Shown here: positions 1 to 10,800 of the stretch, piece by piece | Position numbering within the stretch: position 1 is the stretch's first letter | How the letters are laid out: every line of letters starts with the position of its first letter | Assembly: GCA_963619535.1 (NCBI GenBank) | Contig: CAVEWV010000001.1 | Location: forward strand, 7,132-71,131 | DNA length: 64,000 bases | Source of the DNA: Acutalibacteraceae bacterium | GTDB taxonomy: Bacteria; Actinomycetota; Coriobacteriia; Coriobacteriales; UMGS124 | Direction of reading: 5' to 3' | Position numbers and translations under genes: made by a program | The notes under the pieces: generated by a model | Database searches by the model: none | Seen by the model: the letters and a program-made list of their open reading frames with translations, nothing else | What the model was told of the DNA's origin: nothing

Positions 1-972
1 GAGGTCGACCTCCTCGTTGAAGGCCTTGCGGCTGGGGGCCGTGACCTTGAGGTTGTACTTCTCCTTGCCCGCGCCGATCGAGGCATGGCCGTCCGAGGAG
101 GTGCTGGCGAACTGGGCCTTGCCGCTGCCTGCCACGGGCTTGAGCTCGCAACGGGCGCTGCGCTGGGGCTTGCCGGTCTTGTCGTCGATGACGGTGATCT
201 TGAAGTTGCGCTCAGGAGGAACGCGGGCCACGAAGCTGAACTTGTGGGCGGCATCCTCGTGGGGGGTGTCGAGACCCTCGGGAATGAAGCGGGCCTCCCA
301 GCGGTGCAGCTTGGCCTCGGTGGGCGCCACGGCGCCCAGCTTGTCCCACCACAGCGTCTCGCGCGGGGCCTCGGGCTCATGGAGCTTGCCCTCGCACACG
401 ACCTTGCCGTCCGCGTCGACGATCTGGACCTTCTGACCCTTGAGGTTGCACCCGCTCGAGCAGCTCACGCCGACACACACCTCGATGGGCGCGCCCACCC
501 AGACGGGCGCCGTGACGCCCCAGGTGGAGACGGCCACATGGTGCGGCTCGACGGAGAACTCAAGGAGCATGTCGCGCTCCTCGTGGGGGTTCTTGAACGC
601 AGGTCCGCCGTCCTCGGGCATCGGCAGCTCGCGCGGCGCGTAATGAAGGACGTACTGGTACTTGCCGGGCTCCCCGGGCATGGTGAGCGGGATGGCCTCG
701 CTCACGGCAAGCTCGCCCTCCTGGGTGGCGAAGCTCACCTGGGCAACCTCGTCGCCCAGAATCGTCGTGACCTCAAGGGTGTCGCCCACCAGGTCGCACC
801 CGCTCTCGCACGTCGCGAAGACGACCAGCGAGCACGACTCGCCCACATAGAGCTTCTCGGGAACGCCGTCGATGTCGAAGAAGACCTCGTGCCCCTCGCC
901 GTCGAGCTTGGTAGGGATCTTCTCCTCCTTGAGGCCCTTGACGTCGACCTCGCCCTGCTTCACTTCTGCCAT
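1..972 (-). CDS. hypothetical protein, 5' portion only (first 324 codons; gene continues past the window start)
   Basis: Absent from the ORF track because it runs off the edge. Reverse-strand ATG at 972-970 is preceded by AGGAGG (complement of 979-984). The frame is open to nt 1 with GC3-rich codons. Translation begins MAEVKQGEVDVKGLKEEKIP. It has two copies of a Cys motif (CSLVVFATCESGCDLVG and CVGVSCSSGCNLKG) and a later segment (NFKITVIDDKTGKP) reminiscent of carboxypeptidase-regulatory-like beta-sandwich folds. No signal peptide. Family not recognisable by eye. Confidence 0.6.
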   Translation of the reverse strand, partial: MAEVKQGEVDVKGLKEEKIPTKLDGEGHEVFFDIDGVPEKLYVGESCSLVVFATCESGCDLVGDTLEVTTILGDEVAQVSFATQEGELAVSEAIPLTMPGEPGKYQYVLHYAPRELPMPEDGGPAFKNPHEERDMLLEFSVEPHHVAVSTWGVTAPVWVGAPIEVCVGVSCSSGCNLKGQKVQIVDADGKVVCEGKLHEPEAPRETLWWDKLGAVAPTEAKLHRWEARFIPEGLDTPHEDAAHKFSFVARVPPERNFKITVIDDKTGKPQRSARCELKPVAGSGKAQFASTSSDGHASIGAGKEKYNLKVTAPSRKAFNEEVDL

Positions 973-1024
973 TGGTATCCTCCTGGGATGCGCGGCCCGT
1001 GTAGACAAATTCAATGTGTGAAGG

Positions 1025-3307
<2,283 letters not shown>

Positions 3308-4201
3308 CTAGATATCGACCGTCTCGGCGCCTTCCGCGAGCTGCTCGGCAAGGGCGCGGGCCCCCTTGGTGGAGAAGTAGTCCTTCGTGGCCATGGCGCG
3401 CACGATGGAGTTGCGCACGCCGGAGAAGGGCACCCCCTCGCGGACATAGAAGAATATCTGCCCCTTTGCGCCGTACGGCGTGATGGAGTCGAACATGACC
3501 TTGGGCTCCATGTCGTCGCGCAGGTCCTCCCCTGCGGCCTGCTTCACCGTCTTGACGAGGTCGTCGGCCACGACGTCGGGGTCGTTGCCGAGCTCCATGG
3601 TGAACTCAAGCGTTCCCAGGGACTCGCTGGAAGGCGGAAGGCACTGCACCGAGGTGGAGTTGAGCACCGAGTTGGGGATGACGATGCGGTCGCCCAGGCG
3701 GTTCTCCACCACGGTGTGGCGCATCGTGACGTCGACGACCGTTCCCGTGAGGCCCGCGATGGTGACGTAGTCGCCGGGCTGCACCACGTTGCCCACCATG
3801 AGCATGATACCGCCGAAGATGTTGGAGATGGTGTCCTTGAGGCCCAGCGAGATGACCACGGACATGACGCCCAGGCCGGTGATGAACGCCGTGGGCTCCA
3901 CGCCGAACACAGGCTCCAGGACCAGGATGAGCGCGAACGTCCAGACGACGATGCGCACGAAGTTGAGGATGATGGAGGCGTTGGGGATGCTGTCGAAGTT
4001 CTTGAGCACCCGGTGGATGAGGCGCACGAGCAGGCGCTGCACCACATAGGCGATGATGGCGACGATCGCGAGGAACGCCGCACGCAGGCCGATCATCTCG
4101 GGGTACTGCCCGAAGATGAGGATGGAGCCGCTGGCGTCGGTTGTCACGAATGAGAAGGTGTCGAGCAGCGCGTTGCCCAGACCCTGCAGGAACTCGACCA
4201 T
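3308..4201 (-). CDS. mechanosensitive ion channel (MscS family)
   Basis: The track ORF 3308..4387 runs through the tRNA gene. It was trimmed to the internal ATG at 4201, which has AGGAGG upstream. The 297-aa product has three N-terminal TM helices followed by the MscS beta-domain pattern (GDYVTIAGLTGTVVDVTMRHTVVENRLGDRIVIPNS). Confidence 0.88.
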   Translation of the reverse strand: MVEFLQGLGNALLDTFSFVTTDASGSILIFGQYPEMIGLRAAFLAIVAIIAYVVQRLLVRLIHRVLKNFDSIPNASIILNFVRIVVWTFALILVLEPVFGVEPTAFITGLGVMSVVISLGLKDTISNIFGGIMLMVGNVVQPGDYVTIAGLTGTVVDVTMRHTVVENRLGDRIVIPNSVLNSTSVQCLPPSSESLGTLEFTMELGNDPDVVADDLVKTVKQAAGEDLRDDMEPKVMFDSITPYGAKGQIFFYVREGVPFSGVRNSIVRAMATKDYFSTKGARALAEQLAEGAETVDI

Positions 4202-4259
4202 CTGGCCTCCTAAACGAAAACAGGCGGAAAGCTTTCGCCTTCCGCCTGTCTTAGCTTCG

Positions 4260-4335
4260 TGGTGGAGATGAGGGGATTCGAACCCCTGACCCCTTGACTG
4301 CCAGTCAAGTGCTCTCCCAACTGAGCTACACCCCC
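4260..4335 (-). tRNA. tRNA-Ala (anticodon GGC)
   Basis: The 76-nt reverse-strand sequence GGGGGTGTAGCTCAGTTGGGAGAGCACTTGACTGGCAGTCAAGGGGTCAGGGGTTCGAATCCCCTCATCTCCACCA folds as a cloverleaf. It has a 7-bp acceptor stem with the G3:U70 alanine identity pair, anticodon loop CTGGCAG, a GTTCGAATC T-loop and an encoded CCA. Confidence 0.95.
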
Positions 4336-4359
4336 GTGGGTTGCAGTGCACGAGTAGTA

Positions 4360-4387
4360 ATAATACGCATCTGGAAACGCAGCGCAA
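4360..4387 (-). promoter_or_regulatory. putative promoter for tRNA-Ala
   Basis: On the minus strand, TTGCGC (4387-4382), a 16-nt spacer, then TATTAT (4365-4360). It lies about 25 nt upstream of the mature tRNA 5' end in the only AT-rich patch of this gap. Confidence 0.35.
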
Positions 4388-4395
4388 GTCCCAAC

Positions 4396-4432
4396 TTTAA
4401 AAAGGAAGGAGTTGTGAAGGGTTCTCCACAAC
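4396..4432 (-). terminator. rho-independent terminator downstream of the aldolase gene
   Basis: On the minus strand, the hairpin GTTGTG-(10 nt)-CACAAC starts at the stop codon and is followed by CTCCTTCCTTTTTAAAG. Confidence 0.5.
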
Positions 4433-5385
4433 TACTCAGCCTCGTAGACCGGCGGCTCGTAGGAGTCGATGCCCTTGAAGACGTCGAGCGCCTCCTGGGG
4501 GTCGTAGTCGGAGTAGGTCACGGCGCTGATGGCGCGCGTGAGGCGCACGGCCTCGTCGAGGCTGCGCTGATGGATGTTGCGGCCGGTGGCGTTGCCGCAC
4601 GCCCCGCCCAGGTGGATCTGCTCCCAAAGCTGGGTCAGGAACGTCTCGGCGTCCACGGTGGAGCCGCCCGCGCACACCAGCCCCGTGCGGCCGGCCGCCA
4701 GGCTCGCCTGCTTGAGCAGCTCGGCGGACTTCTTGCCCTCCTCCTTGGGCGGGTTCACCTTCACGAAGTCGGCGCCCAGGCAGGCGGCCGCACCGGCGGC
4801 GCCGGCGATGAGGGCGGCGGACTTCTCGTCGGTCACGGCCTTGCCGCGCGGGTAGATCCACAGGACGACGAGCAGGCCGTAGGCATGGGCGTCGGCGATG
4901 AGCTGGCCGGCCTCCTCGACCATCTGGGCCTCGAACTCGCTGCCCAGGTAGATGGTGTAGCCCACGCCGACGATGTTGGCGCCCATCTCGCGCATGTTGA
5001 GCACGGCGTCGAGGTCGCTGAGCATGGGCGAGTAGGGGTCGGCCTGGGAGGTCTTCACGAGGTTGGTCTTCGAGTTCATCTTGACCAGGTAGTTGATGTC
5101 GGGGTAATCGCCGGCGTATCGGGCGATGAGGCCGCGCTGGGCCGCCAGGACGCCGATGCAGCCCTTGTCGCCGATCTGGAAGAGGTGCTCGGGGTCGGCG
5201 TCGGCCGGGTCGATGCCCTCACCGTAGAAGTCGGCGTTGAGGTGCTCGAACTTCTGGTCGCAGGCATAGAGCATGAGGCGGCCCGTGCCGCGCGTGGCGG
5301 CGAGGTAGTTCTCGCGATAGGTGTCCTTGTACTCGGGCATGACGTCGAGCGGGACGCGGACGTCCTCGAAAGCGATCTGGGACAT
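4432..5385 (-). CDS. class I aldolase of the DhnA/FbaB family (probable class I fructose-bisphosphate aldolase)
   Basis: 317-aa ORF with GGAGG upstream. It shows DhnA-type TIM-barrel aldolase features, including the Schiff-base lysine context GADFVKVNPP and the motif YLVKMNSKTNL. Specificity (FBP aldolase versus LsrF/ADH-synthase-like) cannot be decided by eye. Confidence 0.8.
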   Translation of the reverse strand: MSQIAFEDVRVPLDVMPEYKDTYRENYLAATRGTGRLMLYACDQKFEHLNADFYGEGIDPADADPEHLFQIGDKGCIGVLAAQRGLIARYAGDYPDINYLVKMNSKTNLVKTSQADPYSPMLSDLDAVLNMREMGANIVGVGYTIYLGSEFEAQMVEEAGQLIADAHAYGLLVVLWIYPRGKAVTDEKSAALIAGAAGAAACLGADFVKVNPPKEEGKKSAELLKQASLAAGRTGLVCAGGSTVDAETFLTQLWEQIHLGGACGNATGRNIHQRSLDEAVRLTRAISAVTYSDYDPQEALDVFKGIDSYEPPVYEAE

Positions 5386-5443
5386 GGGATACCTCCGGTG
5401 TCGTGTGAGGGGGCGACGCTGGCGCCCCCGGCTGTATGAGAAG

Positions 5444-5481
5444 GCGCGCCGCCGACCCCGGATCTGAGGCAGGCGGCGCGC
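5444..5481 (-). terminator. GC-rich hairpin downstream of relA (terminator-like)
   Basis: Perfect 10-bp stem GCGCGCCGCC / GGCGGCGCGC with an 18-nt loop, 8 nt after the relA stop. The trailing U-tract is weak (CTTCTCATAC). Confidence 0.4.
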
Positions 5482-5488
5482 GTGGTGC

Positions 5489-7828
5489 CTAGTTGCCCTT
5501 CTTCTTGGACGACTCGCCGGGAAGGGCGCGCCGCGCGTCGAAGACGCCCTCGTAGCTAGCGAGCCGGTGCAGGAGCGGGTCGAGCGCGTTAACGTTGCTC
5601 AGCTCCACGAGGAAGCGCAGGTTGGAGATGCCGTTCTTGTCGGTGCGCGTGCCGCAGGACAGGATGTTGCCCCCCGCGTCGCTGATGGCGGTGGAGGCGT
5701 CCACGAGCAGGCGCGTGCGGTCCACGGCCTCGATGACAATCTCCACCTGGAAGGTCGAGGTGAGACCGGTGTCCCAGGAGACGCCGATCATGCGGCCCTC
5801 GGCCCGGCGCAGGTCGGCCACATTGGGACAGTCGGCGCGGTGCACGCTCACGCCGCGGCCGCGCGTGATGAAGCCCACGATGTCGTCGCCCATGACGGGG
5901 TTGCAGCAGTGGGCCAGGCGCACGAGCATGCCCTCGCCGCCGTCGACGAGCACGCCGTTGGAGGCCTTGGCGCGCTTCTTGCGCTCAGCGGAGTTCTGCG
6001 CGGGGCGCGACAGGCGCGGGGTGCTGACGGCGCTCTGCAGGCTTTCAAGGGCACGCTTCTCGGCCTCGGCCTGCGTGTCCACGGCGTCGTCGAGGATGGC
6101 CTTGACCTTGGTGGCGATGGAGCGGGCCGTGGCCTTGCCGTTGCAGATGAAGACGAAGAGGTCCTCGGGGCTCGAGACGCCGAACTCGGTGGCGACCTTG
6201 TTGAGCGCGCGCACCGTGCGCGGCGTGGAGATGCCCAGGCCGAGCTTGCGCATCTCCTTGGCGAGCATGTCGCGGCCCGTGGCCGAGTCGTCGGCCTTGG
6301 TGATGCGGCTGAAGTAGGAGCGGATCTTCTGGCGCGCGCCGGGGGTGGCCACGATGTTGAGCCAGTCGCGCGAGGGCTTGGCGTTGTTCTGGGTGATGAT
6401 CTCCACCCGGTCGCCCATCTGCAGCTCGTAGGACAGCGGCACCACGGAGCCGTTGACCTTGGCGCCGATGCAGTGGTTGCCCACCTCGGTGTGCACCGCG
6501 TAGGCGAAGTCGATGGGCGTCGACCCGGCGCGCAGCACCTGCACCTCGCCGCGCGGGGTGAACACGAAGACCTCGCTGTCGTACAGGTCGATCTTCACGG
6601 CCTCGAGGAACTCCTGGGGGTCGGACAGGTCGGCCTGCGACGTCCAGTCGAGCGTGCGCCCCAGCCAGGCGAGCTGGTCGTCGAGCCGCTGGGCAGAGGC
6701 CTGCTTGTCGCCGTCGGAGTTGCCGGCCTGCTTGTAGAGCCAGTGGGCGGCGATGCCGTACTCGGCGTGCTGGTGCATCTCCTCGGTGCGGATCTGCACC
6801 TCGAGGGGCCGGCCGGCCGGACCGATGACCGTCGTGTGCAGCGACTGGTACATGTTGAACTTGGGCATGGCGATGTAGTCTTTGAAGCGCCCGGGCATGG
6901 GCGTCCACAGAGAGTGGACGGCGCCGAGCACGCCGTAGCAGTCGCGCACTTCCTCGGTGATCACGCGCAGGGCGATGAGGTCGTAGATCTCGGAGAAGTC
7001 CTTGCCCTTGTTCGTCATCTTCATATAGATGGAGTAGAGGTGCTTGGGCCTGCCCACGATGCGGTAGTGCTCGATCTTGGCCCGATCGAGCTCGTCGTGC
7101 AGGATCTTGATCACCGTGTCGAGGTAATGCTCGCGCTCCTCGCGCGACTCGGCCACCATGCGCGCCACCTGGCGGTACTTCGCCGGCTCCAGATAGAAGA
7201 ACGACAGGTCCTCAAGCTCCCACTTGATCGACGAGATGCCCAGGCGGTTTGCCAGGGGCGCGTAGATGCTCATCGTCTCGTTGGCCTTGAAGATGCGCCG
7301 GTCCTCAGGGATGGCCATGAGGGTGCGCATGTTGTGCAGGCGGTCGGCGAGCTTGATGATGATGACGCGGATGTCCTTGGCCATGGCGAGGAACATCTTG
7401 CGCAGGTTGAGGGCCTGCTGCTCGGACAGGCTCGACACCGAGATGTTCGTGAGCTTCGTGACGCCGTCCACCAGGTCGGCCACCTGCGGGCCGAAGAGCC
7501 CCGAGAGCTCCTCGAGCGTGGCGTCGGTGTCCTCCACCGTGTCGTGCAGAAGGCCGGCGCACAGGGTGTCGACGTCGGAGTGGAGGTTCTTCGCCAAGAT
7601 GATGGCGACCTCCACGGGATGGTTGATGTAGGGCTCGCCGCTCTTGCGCTTCTGGTCGCGGTGGTGCTCGCGGGCGAAGTTGTAGGCGCGCTCTATCTTC
7701 TCGACGTCGGACTCCCCCAGGTAGGTCGAAGCGACCTGCTTGAGCACGGGGAAGTTGTCGAGCTGGCCTTGGGGCGCGAGTGCCGGGGCGGTGGGGTCGT
7801 ACTTGGTGTAGATGACTGAGTCAGCCAT
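5489..7828 (-). CDS. relA: bifunctional (p)ppGpp synthetase/hydrolase RelA/SpoT (Rel)
   Basis: 779-aa ORF with an HD hydrolase domain (HDTVEDT), a RelA/SpoT synthetase domain (YRIVGRPKHLYSIYMKM, EVQIRT..MH), a TGS domain and a C-terminal ACT-like domain. AGGAGG lies upstream. Confidence 0.97.
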   Translation of the reverse strand: MADSVIYTKYDPTAPALAPQGQLDNFPVLKQVASTYLGESDVEKIERAYNFAREHHRDQKRKSGEPYINHPVEVAIILAKNLHSDVDTLCAGLLHDTVEDTDATLEELSGLFGPQVADLVDGVTKLTNISVSSLSEQQALNLRKMFLAMAKDIRVIIIKLADRLHNMRTLMAIPEDRRIFKANETMSIYAPLANRLGISSIKWELEDLSFFYLEPAKYRQVARMVAESREEREHYLDTVIKILHDELDRAKIEHYRIVGRPKHLYSIYMKMTNKGKDFSEIYDLIALRVITEEVRDCYGVLGAVHSLWTPMPGRFKDYIAMPKFNMYQSLHTTVIGPAGRPLEVQIRTEEMHQHAEYGIAAHWLYKQAGNSDGDKQASAQRLDDQLAWLGRTLDWTSQADLSDPQEFLEAVKIDLYDSEVFVFTPRGEVQVLRAGSTPIDFAYAVHTEVGNHCIGAKVNGSVVPLSYELQMGDRVEIITQNNAKPSRDWLNIVATPGARQKIRSYFSRITKADDSATGRDMLAKEMRKLGLGISTPRTVRALNKVATEFGVSSPEDLFVFICNGKATARSIATKVKAILDDAVDTQAEAEKRALESLQSAVSTPRLSRPAQNSAERKKRAKASNGVLVDGGEGMLVRLAHCCNPVMGDDIVGFITRGRGVSVHRADCPNVADLRRAEGRMIGVSWDTGLTSTFQVEIVIEAVDRTRLLVDASTAISDAGGNILSCGTRTDKNGISNLRFLVELSNVNALDPLLHRLASYEGVFDARRALPGESSKKKGN

Positions 7829-7849
7829 AGACGTTGCGCCTCCTGAAAC

Positions 7850-10800
7850 CTAATGCTCGTCGATGGGAAGGATGGGCCGGTTGATGCGTGCGAGGATCGT
7901 GTCGGAGTCGCTCTCCAGAGCCCAGCGACGAAACGCGTCGAACTGACCGAGGGCGTTCAGGCCCTCGAGATAGCGGATGGAGCGGGCCAGGTCCATGCGC
8001 TCGGGCGAGGGGACCAGGCTGATGCGGCGGGCGACGCCGTAGCCCGCGGTGGTGACGAAGCCCAGCTCGCGGAAGATGGAGATGCCGCAGGAGACGCCCT
8101 TCACCCCGAAGGCCGGGCTGCAGCCGATAGAGGCGCATTCGGCGGCAAGCTCGGCGTTGGTGAGGGTGAAGCCCTCCTGCCCCGAGAGCCTGGCCTCGCG
8201 GTCGTGCCGGCCCAGGACGCGGTACAGGCACACGAGGTCGTCGCGCACCGGCGCGTCGCAGGCAAGCACGCGCTCGTTGATGCGCGCGTCTGCCCCCGAA
8301 TACGCCAGGTGGATGTAGGCGTCGGCGCCGTCGCGTCCGGCCCGGCCGCTCATCTGGTTGAACTCCACCTCGTCGAAGGGCAGGTGGTACAGGACCACAT
8401 GGCGCACGTCGGGCAGGTTCACGCCCTCGCCGAAGGCGCTGGTCGACACCACGAGCAGCACTTCGCCGCTGCGGAAGGCGTCCTCCACGGCGGCGCGATC
8501 GGCACGCGAGAGCCCGGCGTTGTAGAAGGCGACGCGATGGCCGAACTCGCGCACGCGCCTGCGCAGCGTGCGGGCGATGTTTACGGTCTGCTCGCGCGAG
8601 TTGACGTACACGAGCGTCTTCTGGCCCGAGGCAAGCAGGCTGACCAGGCGCTCGTCGCGGTCGAGCCGCCCGCGCTCGTCGAGCACACGGAGGTTCTCGC
8701 GCACGGAAGGATCCAGGACCACGCCCGCGGGCCCGATGGAGAGCAGGCGGCATATCTCGGAACCCACCTTGGGCGAGGCGGTGGCGGTGACGGCCAGCAC
8801 GCACGGGTCGCCGAGCTCATGAAGCACGCGGGGCATGTCCAGATAGGACGCGCGCGCCCCGGAGACGGCCTGGCCGGCATGGTGCGCCTCGTCGACGACG
8901 AGGAAGCCCACGCGGCGCGTCTGGGCGAACCTGTCGGAATGGATGGCGAGGAACTCCGGCGTCGTGAGGACGATGTCCACCTGCCCGGCGGCCAGCCCCT
9001 CGAACACCGCGGCGCGCTCCTCCATGGGGGTCTCGCCGGTGAGGACGCGCGTGGTCATGCCGAGCCGGTCGAAGACGCGGCCCAGGTGATAGGACTGGTC
9101 GCTCACAAGGGCGCGCAACGGATACACGAAGACGCTCGCCTTGTTCTGCAGCAGCGCGCAGCGGGCCGCGTGCACATGGAAGATGAGCGACTTGCCGCGT
9201 CCGGTGGCCATGACGCACAGCGTGGAGGTGCCCGCCTCGAGGTTTGCCAGGGCGCGGCGCTGGGCGTCGAGCAGGTCGTGGTCGCCGATGAGAAGCGAGC
9301 GCAGCTCGTCGGTGACCTGCTCGCTGGTCAGGCCCGACAGGCGCGCACGCTCCGCCGCTCGGGCCTGGGCCTGGGCCAGCTCGTCGGAGCCGGCCACGTC
9401 GCCCTCGCTCGTCACCAGGACGTTCACGCCGAAGGGCCGTCCGTCCGCCCCGCCGGTGACGTTCTCCACGACGGCGCGGTAGGCGGCGCCGCGGTCGATG
9501 CGCGGGGCGATGGCGGCGGCGATGAAGCGCTTGAGGTAGCCGACCCTGCAGCCCTCGCAGTCCAGCAGGGCCACGGCGTTGGGGTCGTTGGGGTTGTGCG
9601 GCTCGCGCACGACGCGCAGCACGTCGCCCTCCACGAGACGCGCGACGTAGCCCTGCCTCGACTCGAACGTGACGCCGACGGCCTTCGTGTGGAACTGCGG
9701 GGCGTTCGCCAGGCTCTCGAGCTCGCTTTCGCTGATGTACTGCTCGGCGTTGTCGAACAGGTCGTCGATGAGACGCACGGTGGCGGGGCTGGGCAGCTCG
9801 CAGTCGGCCTGGCTGCGGCGCAGCACGTCGCGCACGTGCATCTTGCAGGAAACGCGTCCCTGCCAGGTCTCGACCTTGGGCTCGAAGATGATGTCGACGG
9901 CCTCGTCGCACTCCACGAGCGCCTCGACGTTCTCGGCGTTGAACATGATGGCCTGGCAGCTGCCCGAGGCGTCGTTGACGGTGAAGGACAGGTGCCTGCC
10001 CTCCTCGCCGCGGCGCCTCCTGTCGGTCATCGTGACGCCGCAGGCGGCCAGCAGCGGGACCTCGTTGCCCTGGCCGAAGGGCTGGAGCACAGCAAGCGAG
10101 GTGATGTTGGGAACGGTGAGCTCGGCCACGTCGACCACGGCCGCGACGCTGGAACGGTCCTGGAACGAGTCTTCGGGAAGCGCCGAGAGGTACTCCTCCA
10201 TGCGGTCGCGGAACGCGTCGAGGTTGCCCGCGTCGAGCGTGATGCCCACGGCGCCGGCATGGCCGCCGAACCTGATAAGCAAATCGGAGCAGCTTTCCAC
10301 GGCCTCGAAGAGGTTCACGTCGCCCACGCTGCGCCCCGAGCCGCGCGCAACACCGTCGGAGATGGTGAAGAGCAGGACGGGGACGTGGTAGAGGGCCACC
10401 ATACGGCTCGCGACGATGCCCTTCACGCCCTCGTGCCAGCCTTGGCCGCCCACGACGATGACGCGGCCGTTCTCGTAGGTCGCCTGGACGAGTGCGAGCG
10501 CCTCGTCGAACAGCTGGCGCTCGATGGCCCGCCTCTCGCGGTTGATGTCCTCAAGCTGGGCGGCGATGGCCTCGGAGGTGTCGACGTCGCCGGCCATGAG
10601 CAGGCGCAGCGCGATGGCCGGGTCGTCCATGCGCCCGGCGGCGTTCATGCGCGGGATGAGGGAGAACGCCAGGTCGTCGGCCGTCATGGCCGACAGGTCG
10701 CGACGCGCCTGGCCGGCCAGCGAGACCAGCCCGGGGTTGGACAGCGACCGGATGCGCACGATGCCGTCGGCCACAAGCGAGCGGTTCTCGCCGGTGAGCA

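Noticed and set aside
3308-4387. A 359-aa ORF spanning the MscS gene and the tRNA-Ala gene.
   Set aside because: The N-terminal 62 codons are simply the tRNA sequence and its flanks read as protein. The real start is the RBS-preceded ATG at 4201.
4202-4431. tRNA-Ala as a possible integration site for a genomic island.
   Set aside because: There is no integrase, no duplicated tRNA 3' end and no compositional shift on either side. The flanking genes (MscS channel, aldolase) are ordinary chromosomal genes with the same codon bias.
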